From NCBI GenBank assembly GCA_964494885.1, contig CAZBTH010000003.1:5983-69982 (forward strand): a stretch of DNA of 64,000 nucleotides, written 5' to 3'. Numbering within the stretch: the stretch's first letter is position 1; the number at the start of each line of letters is the position of its first letter. This DNA comes from an uncultured Gammaproteobacteria bacterium. GTDB lineage: Bacteria; Patescibacteriota; Microgenomatia; UBA8517. The notes beneath the pieces are model-generated. The model made no database searches. It saw only the letters and a list, made by a program, of their open reading frames with translations, and was not told where the DNA came from. A program made the position numbers and the translations under genes. This document shows, piece after piece, positions 35,568 to 45,547 of this stretch.

Positions 35568-38126
35568 TCAACCTATTACAAAATTAATTACCTTGCCGGA
35601 TATAAAAATTGTCTTTTTAATGGTTTGCCCTTCCAACCACTTGGCCACATTAGCGTCAGATTTGGCCAATTTGGTTACCTCAGATTCTTGCTTCGAGATT
35701 CCAGATTCCAGCTTCAAAGTAGCCCTTAACTTGCCATTGACTTGAACCACAACCGTGACCTTATTCTGAACAATAAGTTTAGGGTCGTAGGAAGGCCAAG
35801 GAGCCTTGTGAATGCTAAAAGGCATACCTAAGACCTCTACCCATATTTCCTCCATCATATGAGGCGCAAAAGGGGCCAGGAGGAGGGCCAAAGCACTTAA
35901 GACCTCAGAAGTCTGATGACTGATATTTGATGTCTGAATCGAAGTTTGATTTTCGATCTTCGTTTTTCCGACTTCGTTTCTGATTTCAGACTTCTGACTT
36001 CCGGCTTCTGTTAGTGTATTCACCAGTTCCATAAGAGATGAAATTGCCGTATTGAATTTATAGTTTTCAATATCCTCCCCCACTTTTTTGATAGTTTGGT
36101 GGAGCTTTGATAAAACTTCACTGTTGACTGCTGATTGTTGACTGCTGATTGTTGACTGTTGGAACAGACGCCAAACACGTCCCAAAAATCTGGCTATTCC
36201 TTCAACTCCTGTTATACTCCACGGTTTCATTACGTCAAACGGTCCCATAAACATTTCATAAACACGAAGCGTATCAGCTCCAAATTTGGGAATAATATCG
36301 TCAGGTGTAATCACATTTCCCCATCTTTTGCTCATTTTGCGGGAATCAGGTCCAAGTATCCAACCAGGAGCACGGAGCTTTAAAAATGGCTCGTCTCCCA
36401 CAGATTTATCGATTAGACCTTGGTCAAATAAGAACTTCCAGAAAAATCTGGCAAAAAGTAAATGTTGGACAACATGTCCCCCGCCAACGTAGTCGTCAAC
36501 AGGAATAATATTTTCTTTTGAAGCAAACTCTTTAATATTCTTTGGATCGCAAAATCTCATAAAATACCAAGAGGAGTCAACATATGTATCCATTGTATCA
36601 ACCTCTCGTTTGGCCGGCTTTCCACAAATAGGACAGACTACATCTTTCTGGAAAGTTTTAGATCTGGCAATCGGACTTTCACCATGTGGTTGGAAATCGA
36701 CATCGGTAGGAAGAACAACTGGTAGATTTTTTTCTTCTACGGGAAACCAGCCAGCCATACCTTTAAAGGATGATCCTTTAAAGGTGTCGGATGCACAATG
36801 CTCGCAATAGATCATGGGGATAGGACAACCCCAATATCTTTGGCGGGAAATTAACCAATCACGGATATGGTAAGAGACCGTTCTCTTGCCAATTCCTTTA
36901 TCCTCAAACCAGTCCATAGTCTTTTGCAATCCCTCTTCGAAACTCAAGCCGTTTAGAAATTCAGAATTGATAAATTTTCCTTCCATCCCATGTTCAATAA
37001 CCTGTTCTTTTGTTTCTATTTCTGAAGTATCGCCGTCTTTTCCTACAATGACCCTAACAATAGGAAGGTCGTATTTTTTGGCAAACTCAAAATCATTCAA
37101 GTCATGTCCCGGACAACCCTGAACAGCTCCTGTCCCCACACCGGCAACTACAAAATCAGAAACCCAAACCGGAACTTCTTTGTTGTTTATAGGATTAATT
37201 GCATACAAACCGGTAAACACCCCTGTTTTTGTCTTATTGGCCACATTTGTCACATTAGATGAATTAGAAAGATGCTCTTTGATGTATTTATCTACACTTT
37301 CTTGATTCTCTTTAGGGATCTTAAGTTGTTTTAATAGTTTGTGTTCTGGAGCTAAAACCAGAAAAGTCATGCCGAAATTTACAGGAGCAGTTGTAAAAAC
37401 TTCTATTTCCTCGTCGGAATCAACAACCTTATATCGAATATTTATCCCTTCTTTCCTCCCAATCCAATTAACCTGCTGTCTTTTAACTTCGTCTTCCCAA
37501 TCAATTTTTTCAAGACCCGAGATTAAACGGTCAGCATAGGCAGTGATTTTAAAGAACCACTGATCCATATCTTTTTGTATTACTTCTGTATCACACCGTT
37601 CACATTTACCCTCAACCACTTGTTCATTGGCCAAAACTGTTTCATCTTTAGGACACCAATTGACAGGAGACTTCTTTTTGTAAGCCAAACCAGCTTTGAA
37701 AAGCTGAATAAATATCCACTGAGTCCATTTATAAAATTCGGGAGAACTTGTGTCAATTTCCTTATCCCAATCATAAGACATGCCGCTTATTTCCAATTGG
37801 CGTTTGAATGTTTTTATATTCTCGTGAGTGGATTTATCAGGGTGAATCCCGGTTTTAATAGCATAATTTTCCGCGGGAAGGCCAAATGCATCCCACCCCA
37901 TCGGATGAAGAACGGAATGACCCCTCATCCTAAAATATCGGGACAGGATATCTGTGCCAACATAGCCCTCAAGATGACCAACATGCATCGAGGCGCCGGA
38001 AGGATAAGGGAACATGTCCAAGATATACTTTTTCTTTTTTCCGGCTTCCGGAGTTTTGTAAACACCCTCCTTCTCCCATTTTTTTTGCCATTTTGGTTCG
38101 ACAACTGAATGGTCGTATTTATCCAT
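35568..38126 (-). CDS. leuS: Leucine--tRNA ligase with several in-frame repeat insertions
   Basis: HMGHLEGY (HIGH) and KMSKRWGN (KMSKS). Conserved editing and anticodon-binding regions. Confidence 0.95.
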   Translation of the reverse strand: MDKYDHSVVEPKWQKKWEKEGVYKTPEAGKKKKYILDMFPYPSGASMHVGHLEGYVGTDILSRYFRMRGHSVLHPMGWDAFGLPAENYAIKTGIHPDKSTHENIKTFKRQLEISGMSYDWDKEIDTSSPEFYKWTQWIFIQLFKAGLAYKKKSPVNWCPKDETVLANEQVVEGKCERCDTEVIQKDMDQWFFKITAYADRLISGLEKIDWEDEVKRQQVNWIGRKEGINIRYKVVDSDEEIEVFTTAPVNFGMTFLVLAPEHKLLKQLKIPKENQESVDKYIKEHLSNSSNVTNVANKTKTGVFTGLYAINPINNKEVPVWVSDFVVAGVGTGAVQGCPGHDLNDFEFAKKYDLPIVRVIVGKDGDTSEIETKEQVIEHGMEGKFINSEFLNGLSFEEGLQKTMDWFEDKGIGKRTVSYHIRDWLISRQRYWGCPIPMIYCEHCASDTFKGSSFKGMAGWFPVEEKNLPVVLPTDVDFQPHGESPIARSKTFQKDVVCPICGKPAKREVDTMDTYVDSSWYFMRFCDPKNIKEFASKENIIPVDDYVGGGHVVQHLLFARFFWKFLFDQGLIDKSVGDEPFLKLRAPGWILGPDSRKMSKRWGNVITPDDIIPKFGADTLRVYEMFMGPFDVMKPWSITGVEGIARFLGRVWRLFQQSTISSQQSAVNSEVLSKLHQTIKKVGEDIENYKFNTAISSLMELVNTLTEAGSQKSEIRNEVGKTKIENQTSIQTSNISHQTSEVLSALALLLAPFAPHMMEEIWVEVLGMPFSIHKAPWPSYDPKLIVQNKVTVVVQVNGKLRATLKLESGISKQESEVTKLAKSDANVAKWLEGQTIKKTIFISGKVINFVIG
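36760..36784. repeat. REP-like palindrome inside the LeuS coding sequence
   Basis: CCTTTAAAGGAT-G-ATCCTTTAAAGG is a perfect 12+1+12 palindrome, translated TFKGSSFKG. It lies in an insertion relative to canonical LeuS. Confidence 0.85.
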
Positions 38127-38127
38127 A

Positions 38128-38577
38128 TTATTTCCAAAGTGAAAACCTCTTAGTTAAAGGGTCTATATCACTTTTTGCTCCAAACGCGCAAACACCATAA
38201 TATTCCAAATTTTCCTCAAGCGTGTTTTTGGTACGTTCTTTTTGTTCCTCAAACGTTCCCACGGTCATTGTATCTGTAAAATCTACAAAATGAACGCCAG
38301 AGTCCATTAAATTTTTCCTAAAAGTGCGGATTTGATTCGAGTTGTCTGCCGAAAGGATTATAAATCCATGATCAGAAATACTGCTGTGACGCCCATCATT
38401 TTTATCAATATGTGTATCAAACCTCATCTCTGAGATATTTGGATAACTAGCAGATAGGCCCGCTGACATATGCGCCAAGGCATTCATTAGTTTCCCGACA
38501 GAAATTTTTTTATTCAAAACGGCTACAAATTTGTTTTTTAGTTCTCCTGTTTCCATATTTTTATTTCTATATTGCAA
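38128..38577 (-). CDS. DUF2000-family protein (PTH2-like fold)
   Basis: KFVAVLNKKISVGKLMNALAHMSAGL...HGFIILSADNSNQIRTF...YYGVCAFG matches the DUF2000 pattern. Confidence 0.55.
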   Translation of the reverse strand: MQYRNKNMETGELKNKFVAVLNKKISVGKLMNALAHMSAGLSASYPNISEMRFDTHIDKNDGRHSSISDHGFIILSADNSNQIRTFRKNLMDSGVHFVDFTDTMTVGTFEEQKERTKNTLEENLEYYGVCAFGAKSDIDPLTKRFSLWK

Positions 38578-38631
38578 TATTTAACCATATTCTACCGCTG
38601 CAGTCGATAGTTTATGGATACAAAAAAGGGT

Positions 38632-38835
38632 CTAACAACCAAATCCTACCTCAAAGGTTGTGGGCGTTCGCTCCTTTGAACAACCTTGGTTTACAGATAG
38701 CGACTTATCAACACAGGCCTCCGGCGATCCGTTTCCCTGAGCCTCAGTTGCTATTTTTGCTTCTCCGGCCTCACGAATTGCCGATGTTGATTGCTCTTTC
38801 TGACCCTCTCCAGTCATAACTGCAATAATAGGCAT
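38632..38835 (-). CDS. Small hypothetical protein (67 aa)
   Basis: Strong SD (AAGGGGGTG, 7 nt upstream). A hairpin plus U-run lies just upstream at 38866-38898. Confidence 0.4.
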   Translation of the reverse strand: MPIIAVMTGEGQKEQSTSAIREAGEAKIATEAQGNGSPEACVDKSLSVNQGCSKERTPTTFEVGFGC

Positions 38836-38973
38836 ATATTTTCACCCCCTTTCTACAAACAAAAAACCTCCCGTGTTAGAGAGGTTTTAAAAAAATATTT
38901 ATCACTCTCTAACCACAAGAAAGCTCTCCGAGAAGGAGGGCTTTAATGCTTAAGAGAACTGTAAATATTTTCA

Positions 38974-39726
38974 TTGAGTTTTGAGTATATACCCAAACAA
39001 TCTAGGTTTGCAAATTTCAGTACTTGTCATATACTTTTAGAAGATATGCAATTTGTTTCACCTGTTTTGGCCGTCATCACTGTTGTCCTTGCTTTTGTAA
39101 TCTCGGTCAGTCCGCTTTCGAGCTACGGCCTGCAAATTACGGCTTTAATGATTGTCATTTACATCGGAACTTCATTTCTGATAAGAAAAGGTGCTCTCCC
39201 CGGAAGTATTAAGGTCACAATGGATGTTATTATCTTTTCCCTTTCTGTTTCTCTTTTACTTTTTACCACAGGAGGATTTAATTCGCCGGTTTTCTTTTTA
39301 AGTTATTTTTTGCTTTTTGGGGTTTCGCTTTTTTCCTCCCCAATTACCGCAACGGCAATTACAATAACCTTCGCCCTGCTTTTTGTTGTCTCACCCAAAC
39401 AGGATTTCTGGATCGATCTACTCCAAATCGGATCATTATTGGCCATTGCGCCCTTGTCCGTCCTCTTTGGAAAACAGTATCTAAAAGTGCTGGAGGATAA
39501 AAAGATGATTACAGGGCTTTCCCAGAAAATTCAAAAGAATAAAGTTGATGTAGAGGCTTGGACCGAGGGAGATTTTAGAAGACGGGTACTCCGAATTCAG
39601 GATTATCTGCAAAAGCTTCTTAACGACCCCGGAGTCGAAACCGACAAAAAGGAAAGAATCAAGTCTTTGTACAGACAGATTTATGACTTATTTTTGAGCG
39701 GAAGAACGATGGAGAAAAATGTTTAA
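38974..39726 (+). CDS. Polytopic membrane protein with a cytoplasmic C-terminal tail
   Basis: About 5 TM helices. The start may be 39046 (MQFVSP). Confidence 0.5.
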   Translation: MSFEYIPKQSRFANFSTCHILLEDMQFVSPVLAVITVVLAFVISVSPLSSYGLQITALMIVIYIGTSFLIRKGALPGSIKVTMDVIIFSLSVSLLLFTTGGFNSPVFFLSYFLLFGVSLFSSPITATAITITFALLFVVSPKQDFWIDLLQIGSLLAIAPLSVLFGKQYLKVLEDKKMITGLSQKIQKNKVDVEAWTEGDFRRRVLRIQDYLQKLLNDPGVETDKKERIKSLYRQIYDLFLSGRTMEKNV

Positions 39727-40465
39727 TGATATGTTGAAGTTTGTCCTCATTTTTTTTGTGTTCTCTCTATTCTCTATTCTCTATTCGCTCTTCGCTGTAC
39801 CCGTGCTCGGCCAAGCTGAAATTACATCCCCGAATTATATTATTCAGATGCCAAATTTAAATTCCGGTGCCGGACTCCCCACATCCAGTAATTACAAGGT
39901 CAGTTCAACAATAGGTCAAACTGCCCCAGGGCTATTTTCTTCCGCAGGCTATCGCGTTAAATCGGGATTCCAATACATCTATTCAATAATTCCATTCTCT
40001 TTTACGGTTTCCTCGACTTCGATTAATTTCGGAAGCTTGATTGCCCAAACCCCGTCTACAGCCACAAACACATTAACTGTGAGTAGTGGTGGCGCTGGTG
40101 GATATCAAGTTAAAGCTTCAGAAAATAATCCCCTAAAAATTGGCAGTACTGGAACCACAATCCCTGACACAAACTGTGACATCTCCTGCAGTGAGACCAC
40201 GGCCGGAGTCTGGACTTCGTCTTCCAGGTACGGTTTTGGGTTTAACATGTCCGGAGACGATATTCCGGCTGATTTTACCAACTCAACTTACTACCGTCAG
40301 TTTGCTAATAGAGATGGAGCCGAAAGCCCCCAAATTGTGATGTCGTCGATTTATGTAGGAACAGGCAGACAGTCAACGGTAGCGTACAAAGTAAATATTT
40401 CCGGTATTCAACCGGCGGGTGTTTACAATAATATGATTACATATACAGCTATACCAAGCTACTAA
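39719..40465 (+). CDS. Secreted protein, paralog family A (shared Cys-containing C-terminal domain)
   Basis: N-terminal signal. The C-terminal region (C..C.ETTAG.WT...YGFG...SSIYV...QPAGVY...YTA) matches 41499-42998. Confidence 0.6.
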   Translation: MFNDMLKFVLIFFVFSLFSILYSLFAVPVLGQAEITSPNYIIQMPNLNSGAGLPTSSNYKVSSTIGQTAPGLFSSAGYRVKSGFQYIYSIIPFSFTVSSTSINFGSLIAQTPSTATNTLTVSSGGAGGYQVKASENNPLKIGSTGTTIPDTNCDISCSETTAGVWTSSSRYGFGFNMSGDDIPADFTNSTYYRQFANRDGAESPQIVMSSIYVGTGRQSTVAYKVNISGIQPAGVYNNMITYTAIPSY

Positions 40466-40466
40466 T

Positions 40467-41435
40467 ATGCAAATCTACAAATCTACAAATCTACAAATTA
40501 CAAATAAATTAATTAATTCCAAATTTCAAATATTTATTTGCTTATTTGCTTATTTGCTTATTTGCTTATTTATTGTGCCTAGCCTGGCCTACGGCCAGGA
40601 GGTTTCCCTTTCCATTTCCCCTCCTTTAACGGAAATTGCGATTCAGCCCGGTAAGGATATTAGTCAAACGATTACTGTTAAAAATGATGGTGTTCCGGTA
40701 GTTGTTGTCGCCAAAATGATGCCGTTTGTACCCCTTGATACAAACGGACATGTAGAATTAATCGAGGATCAAACTTCTATTGACGCTTTCTCTTCCTGGT
40801 TTTACTTTGACGAACGCCCCACTCCGCTCGGAGTAAACGGGATTCACCAATACATTATAAAAATTTCTCCCCCGAAATCGGCAGAACTTAGAGACTATTA
40901 CTTTACTTTTGTAGTAGAAGTGCAAAACAATAATAATTTGGAAGTCGGAGTAAATAATACTCAATCCCAAGCAAGAATTGGGGCAAACATATTATTAACC
41001 GCAACCAATGACGGCAACCCGCAAAAAAATGTCTCGATCGTTAAATTTACGGCGCCACGCGTTATCGATTCATTCTCCGGTTTTACCTACCAGGTACTTC
41101 TGGGTAATTCCGGATCAGGGTTCTTTAAACCGGTCGGCAGGATTACAGTCGACCAGATTTTTGGCACGACCACAACATTCAACCTAGCTCCTCTTAACGT
41201 CCTTGTGGGAAGCGAGCGGGAAATTGGTTGCCTTGATGGGCAAGAAATAATTCCTTGTAAACTCCCCGGAAAGTTTTTAATCGGTATTTATAGGGCCAAC
41301 TTAAGTTTTACTGTTGACGGGGTAGGAGAAAGTCACGAAAAACAAATTTACACAGTGGCATTTCCGTTTACTATCCTTTTGGGGCTTGCAACTATAGTGA
41401 TCACTTACGGCATAATAAGAAGACTAAATCCTTAA
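40467..41435 (+). CDS. Cell-surface protein, paralog family B (signal peptide, C-terminal TM anchor)
   Basis: N-terminal MQIYKSTNLQI encoded by 9-nt tandem repeats. The C-terminus has a hydrophobic anchor then RRLNP. Confidence 0.6.
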   Translation: MQIYKSTNLQITNKLINSKFQIFICLFAYLLICLFIVPSLAYGQEVSLSISPPLTEIAIQPGKDISQTITVKNDGVPVVVVAKMMPFVPLDTNGHVELIEDQTSIDAFSSWFYFDERPTPLGVNGIHQYIIKISPPKSAELRDYYFTFVVEVQNNNNLEVGVNNTQSQARIGANILLTATNDGNPQKNVSIVKFTAPRVIDSFSGFTYQVLLGNSGSGFFKPVGRITVDQIFGTTTTFNLAPLNVLVGSEREIGCLDGQEIIPCKLPGKFLIGIYRANLSFTVDGVGESHEKQIYTVAFPFTILLGLATIVITYGIIRRLNP

Positions 41436-41498
41436 TAAATTCAATTTTTTTAATCATATTGTTGACAATAACATGCAGCAGTATGAGAATAATAATAT

Positions 41499-42998
41499 AT
41501 GAACATTAATAGACGGGTATTTGTTTTTTTACCTTTTATTTTTATTGCAACTTTTTTTGCTTCATCGGCCATATCAATTAATAGTGCATACGCCTCAACG
41601 ATGACTTCCGCTTCTGCTACAATGAGCAACTCCAGAATGTCATTTAAGGCGCCTATTAGTTCCGGTTCGGCCGGGAGTTCGCTAGTTACAATAAGTGGCG
41701 CAGTTCCCGATACAACAACAAATCATTTATTCCCCGGAGATGCTGTTTGTTTTACAGATGCAGGCAACAACGTTTGTAGAGATAACACAACATATACAAT
41801 AGCCAATGTACCATCAACAACCACTTTCAATGTAACTACACCGCTTACAACAGCGCTGACAGCAACAGACTATGCAGTTGCTTCGCAATCGGGAACTCTA
41901 ACAATTACAGCAACAACAGTTAACCAGGTTCCCATAGGTGGAAAACTTATCATCACCATTCCGGCTAACGATGGAAATTCTACAGCTAAAAATAATGATG
42001 GAATGCCTGATAGCGCGGCAAGTATTGCCTTAAACGGTTTTGATTTAAGTAGTTTTGCAGTTGCAAGAGCAACTGTAACGGGTGATTCCTGTACTGCCGC
42101 AAATTGGGGCACATCGGGGACCGCAACAGAGTTCACAACCGGCGGCGGCGGAACAACAGATACCACAATTTCCTGGACAAGAGCAACCTCCATATGTGCC
42201 GCAGGTAGTGTTCTTACAATTTCTATTACGGGAATTATCAACCCCGCTCCAATCACAGGACACACTCAAGGAACAGCTGATGTGTATGGCATAACGGTAA
42301 CAACCACAGACAGCTCATCAAATACAATCGATTCGGTTGTTCCAAGAGTTGCACCGGTTGAAGCAGTTCTTATTTCGGCTACAGTTGATGAAAGTTTGAC
42401 TCTTACCATCGCGGGGCTTACAGGAGGCGCTCAAACATATTGTGGTAGTCAGACTTATGTAACAAGTACCGCGACTTCAATTCCGTGGAGTACACAAACC
42501 GGTGGTGCCGGATTTAAATATTCAGCTCAGCAATTGACGGTCAGTACAAACGCCGCATCGGGTTACACTGTGACTCTTCAGGAAAATGATCAAATGGGTA
42601 AAAATGGAAACACTTGCACGGGCACAGCACCTTCTTCCGGAGAATTTACTTTTAGTGCAGGAACTTGCATCAGAGATACCGTTTGTACGGTTTCGGCTTG
42701 CAGTGAATCAACCGCCGGAGATTGGACAACTGCAACAAATTACGGTCTCGGTTATTCACTGGCTTCCCAAAGCGGATCCGATGCCCCCTTCTATTACAAT
42801 GAAAAGAACAGAACATACAGCGCTAAACAATTGGCGGATGTCACACAAGGCGGCGAAACGGCACAATCAATTATGAGCAACTCTGCTGCAGTGTCTGCAA
42901 GCAGTATTTATGTTTGCTATACTTTAAGCATTCCCGGTACACAGCCATCCGGTTATTATTACAATATAGCAAAGTACACAGCAACAGCAACCTTTTAA
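41499..42998 (+). CDS. Secreted Thr/Ser/Ala-rich protein, paralog family A
   Basis: Signal peptide. C-terminal domain shared with 39719-40465. Confidence 0.6.
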   Translation: MNINRRVFVFLPFIFIATFFASSAISINSAYASTMTSASATMSNSRMSFKAPISSGSAGSSLVTISGAVPDTTTNHLFPGDAVCFTDAGNNVCRDNTTYTIANVPSTTTFNVTTPLTTALTATDYAVASQSGTLTITATTVNQVPIGGKLIITIPANDGNSTAKNNDGMPDSAASIALNGFDLSSFAVARATVTGDSCTAANWGTSGTATEFTTGGGGTTDTTISWTRATSICAAGSVLTISITGIINPAPITGHTQGTADVYGITVTTTDSSSNTIDSVVPRVAPVEAVLISATVDESLTLTIAGLTGGAQTYCGSQTYVTSTATSIPWSTQTGGAGFKYSAQQLTVSTNAASGYTVTLQENDQMGKNGNTCTGTAPSSGEFTFSAGTCIRDTVCTVSACSESTAGDWTTATNYGLGYSLASQSGSDAPFYYNEKNRTYSAKQLADVTQGGETAQSIMSNSAAVSASSIYVCYTLSIPGTQPSGYYYNIAKYTATATF

Positions 42999-43021
42999 TT
43001 TAAATAAATAAATCTGCCCAA

Positions 43022-44107
43022 ATGAAAATCTACAAATCTACAAATCTACAAATAAGCAAATTCACACAAGTGATGGTTCTAGCATTTGTTTATTTGCTTA
43101 CTAGTTTATTTGCTTATTCCGTAGTCAAGGCTCAGGACATTCTTCCCCTTACCGTTGTTCCCCCTAAACAAGAAATATTGGTCAATCCGGGTGAAAAGTT
43201 TACCACTACTGTCAAATACCTTAATCAAAGTAGCTCCCCCGTAAACGGAACTGTTAGCGTTCTCGATTTTGTTGTGGAAGATAGTGTTGGGACTCCCGTA
43301 TTCTTAGATAACCCGACGGTGGTTGGCACAACGACAATATCAGCAAAATATTCAGCTGCAAAGTGGATCAGTTTCCCGACAGAAAACGTGACGATTGCAG
43401 GAGGTGCCAATATCGCCGTGCCGGTTACGATCAATGTTCCAAAAAATGCAGCCGCCGGGGGACGTTACGCAGCAATTTTGTTCCAACCCACTGTCAATCA
43501 AGCCGAAAATGGCCAGGAAGGAACGGCCATAACTCCTACTGCAATCAGATTAGCCTCTCTAATTTATATTAGGATTGCAGGACCAATCACGGAAAAAGCC
43601 CGCATCATCGATTTCCAGGCACCAAAGTTTTTGGAATATGGGCCGATCGGTATCTCAACAACAATTCTAAATGAAGGAAGTTACCACATTACTCCCAAGG
43701 GTAATGTCACATTGAGAGATATGTTTGGTCGAGTGATAAGCAATTCCCCATTGGATATAAAGAACATTTTTCCAGGCACCACCAGAGTTTATGACAACAA
43801 TATCGGATCAAGATTAATGCTTGGTAAATTTACAGCCACCCTAAACGCCACCTATGGTGAAAGGGAACAGCTTATTACATCTACCCTCGTTATCTGGTTA
43901 TTTCCATGGAAGGCTGCACTCGCGATCACTCTTGCAATCATCATCGTTATTCTCTTAATCAAAATGTGGTACAAGAGAGTTACCAAAAAGGAAGAAAGAT
44001 TGGCCGAAGAGCTCAAGGAGGAAACAAGCGAACTTGAGGCATTGAAAGCAAAGTTTAAAGATCAAATTAGCAATGACAAGCCGGAAGTCCAAAACCCCCA
44101 ACAGTGA
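43022..44107 (+). CDS. Cell-surface protein, paralog family B
   Basis: N-terminal MKIYKSTNLQI shared with 40467. C-terminal TM helix then a charged tail. Confidence 0.6.
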   Translation: MKIYKSTNLQISKFTQVMVLAFVYLLTSLFAYSVVKAQDILPLTVVPPKQEILVNPGEKFTTTVKYLNQSSSPVNGTVSVLDFVVEDSVGTPVFLDNPTVVGTTTISAKYSAAKWISFPTENVTIAGGANIAVPVTINVPKNAAAGGRYAAILFQPTVNQAENGQEGTAITPTAIRLASLIYIRIAGPITEKARIIDFQAPKFLEYGPIGISTTILNEGSYHITPKGNVTLRDMFGRVISNSPLDIKNIFPGTTRVYDNNIGSRLMLGKFTATLNATYGEREQLITSTLVIWLFPWKAALAITLAIIIVILLIKMWYKRVTKKEERLAEELKEETSELEALKAKFKDQISNDKPEVQNPQQ

Positions 44108-44125
44108 TAGCCTCGTGGGTTCCGA

Positions 44126-45043
44126 ATGAAAATTAAAAATTTTAAATTAAAAATTCGTCAGTCGATTATTATATTCCCCGCAATCATAGTCATTTTAACG
44201 CAGTTTGTTTTATTAAATGACGGTTTGTTCGTCTATGGGCAAACGTTACCGAATTATTCGATTACAGGGCCTTTGGTATCAATCTCCGCAAGTATCGGAT
44301 CTCCAATATTAAAACTTTGGGGATATGGCGCTCCCAATTCAAGAGTTGAACTTAGCGGTGATAAAGTCAGTGACTTTACATATACCAAAGTCGACGGTTA
44401 CTTTGAATTTTCAAAAACATATCTGCCACAAGCGACAGATATTTTCTACCCAGAGCTCTGCTTAACAGAGATTGACCAAACCGGGCGCGCTACCACTCCG
44501 ACCTGTATCCCCAGACTTCTCGCAACGAAAGATAGTTATAATATTGGTCCCGTGATTTTACCACCCACACTAAGTCTTACAGAAGGTGTTATTGACACCA
44601 CTGCGCAATCCGGAGCCAGCGGAATAACTATTCCAAACTCAGAAGTCAGGGTCGTTCTTGCCGAGGACAACAAAAACCTACGTCTCACAAATTTCAACCT
44701 CGTTAAGCCTGTGCTGGCCTATTACATTCCAAATTATACCATCAAATCGGATAGCCAGGGCCATTTCAGTTTTAATATGCCGGGAGTAAACCCTAATGGC
44801 TGGCGTGTCTTTGTTTTTACACACTATTCAGAAGAAGCCAGATCTCCAAAAAGTAATACTCTAAAGTTTGTGATAATTTCCCCTACCGTAAGCGCAATAG
44901 GAAATATCTGGACATTTATCCTTTCTTTGTTTACCCTACCATCACTTATCATTCTTGAAATTGTAGTAATTCTTTTGATCTTTGTGGGAGCCTTTCTGAA
45001 CCGAAGAGACAGAAAGAAAGTATCTCCGAATACTATTAAGTAG
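44126..45043 (+). CDS. Cell-surface protein with signal peptide and C-terminal TM anchor plus basic tail
   Basis: The C-terminus reads ...SLIILEIVVILLIFVGAFLNRRDRKK, a sortase- or exosortase-like tripartite anchor shape without a recognisable sorting motif. Confidence 0.5.
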   Translation: MKIKNFKLKIRQSIIIFPAIIVILTQFVLLNDGLFVYGQTLPNYSITGPLVSISASIGSPILKLWGYGAPNSRVELSGDKVSDFTYTKVDGYFEFSKTYLPQATDIFYPELCLTEIDQTGRATTPTCIPRLLATKDSYNIGPVILPPTLSLTEGVIDTTAQSGASGITIPNSEVRVVLAEDNKNLRLTNFNLVKPVLAYYIPNYTIKSDSQGHFSFNMPGVNPNGWRVFVFTHYSEEARSPKSNTLKFVIISPTVSAIGNIWTFILSLFTLPSLIILEIVVILLIFVGAFLNRRDRKKVSPNTIK

Positions 45044-45076
45044 ATCTAAGAATATCGAACCAGTGGATTATCATTG

Positions 45077-45547
45077 CTAGTCAAATGTGACCGTGGTCTG
45101 CTGGATCAGGTTTATTCCGTCGACTGCGGCTTGAATTATATAAAGGCCGGTTGAAGATTCAGAGGAGATATCAAAAGTGGCCCTCCCCTGAGGGTCTGTA
45201 ACCGGCTGAATTGCCATAACCTGTAACAAATTGCCGCTACCGACAACAACTGTTTTTCCGGAAATTCCCAGGCCACGGTTATCTAAAATAAAAACTGTTA
45301 TTCTAATCTTTTCTCCCCCTGTTTTAGCTCTTAACGGCGAGGCAAAGACATATGAATTTTCCAGAGATAAGTCTTGAGAACCTCCGGATTGGGTTACAGA
45401 AGAAGTCAGAGAATATGCGGAACTTCTAAATAACTGCGGGCCGCGTATAAAATATAATATTAAGATAAGCACAAGCAGCAAAACAACAATAACAATAAGA
45501 GTATAGATCGCATACTTTGGCCACCTAGGCAAATTATTTTCATTCAT
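45077..45547 (-). CDS. Membrane-anchored protein with a bacterial Ig-like (Big/invasin-like) domain
   Basis: TM helix, then KIRITVFILDNRGLGISGKTVVV...ATFDISSESSTGLYIIQAAVDG. Confidence 0.5.
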   Translation of the reverse strand: MNENNLPRWPKYAIYTLIVIVVLLLVLILILYFIRGPQLFRSSAYSLTSSVTQSGGSQDLSLENSYVFASPLRAKTGGEKIRITVFILDNRGLGISGKTVVVGSGNLLQVMAIQPVTDPQGRATFDISSESSTGLYIIQAAVDGINLIQQTTVTFD

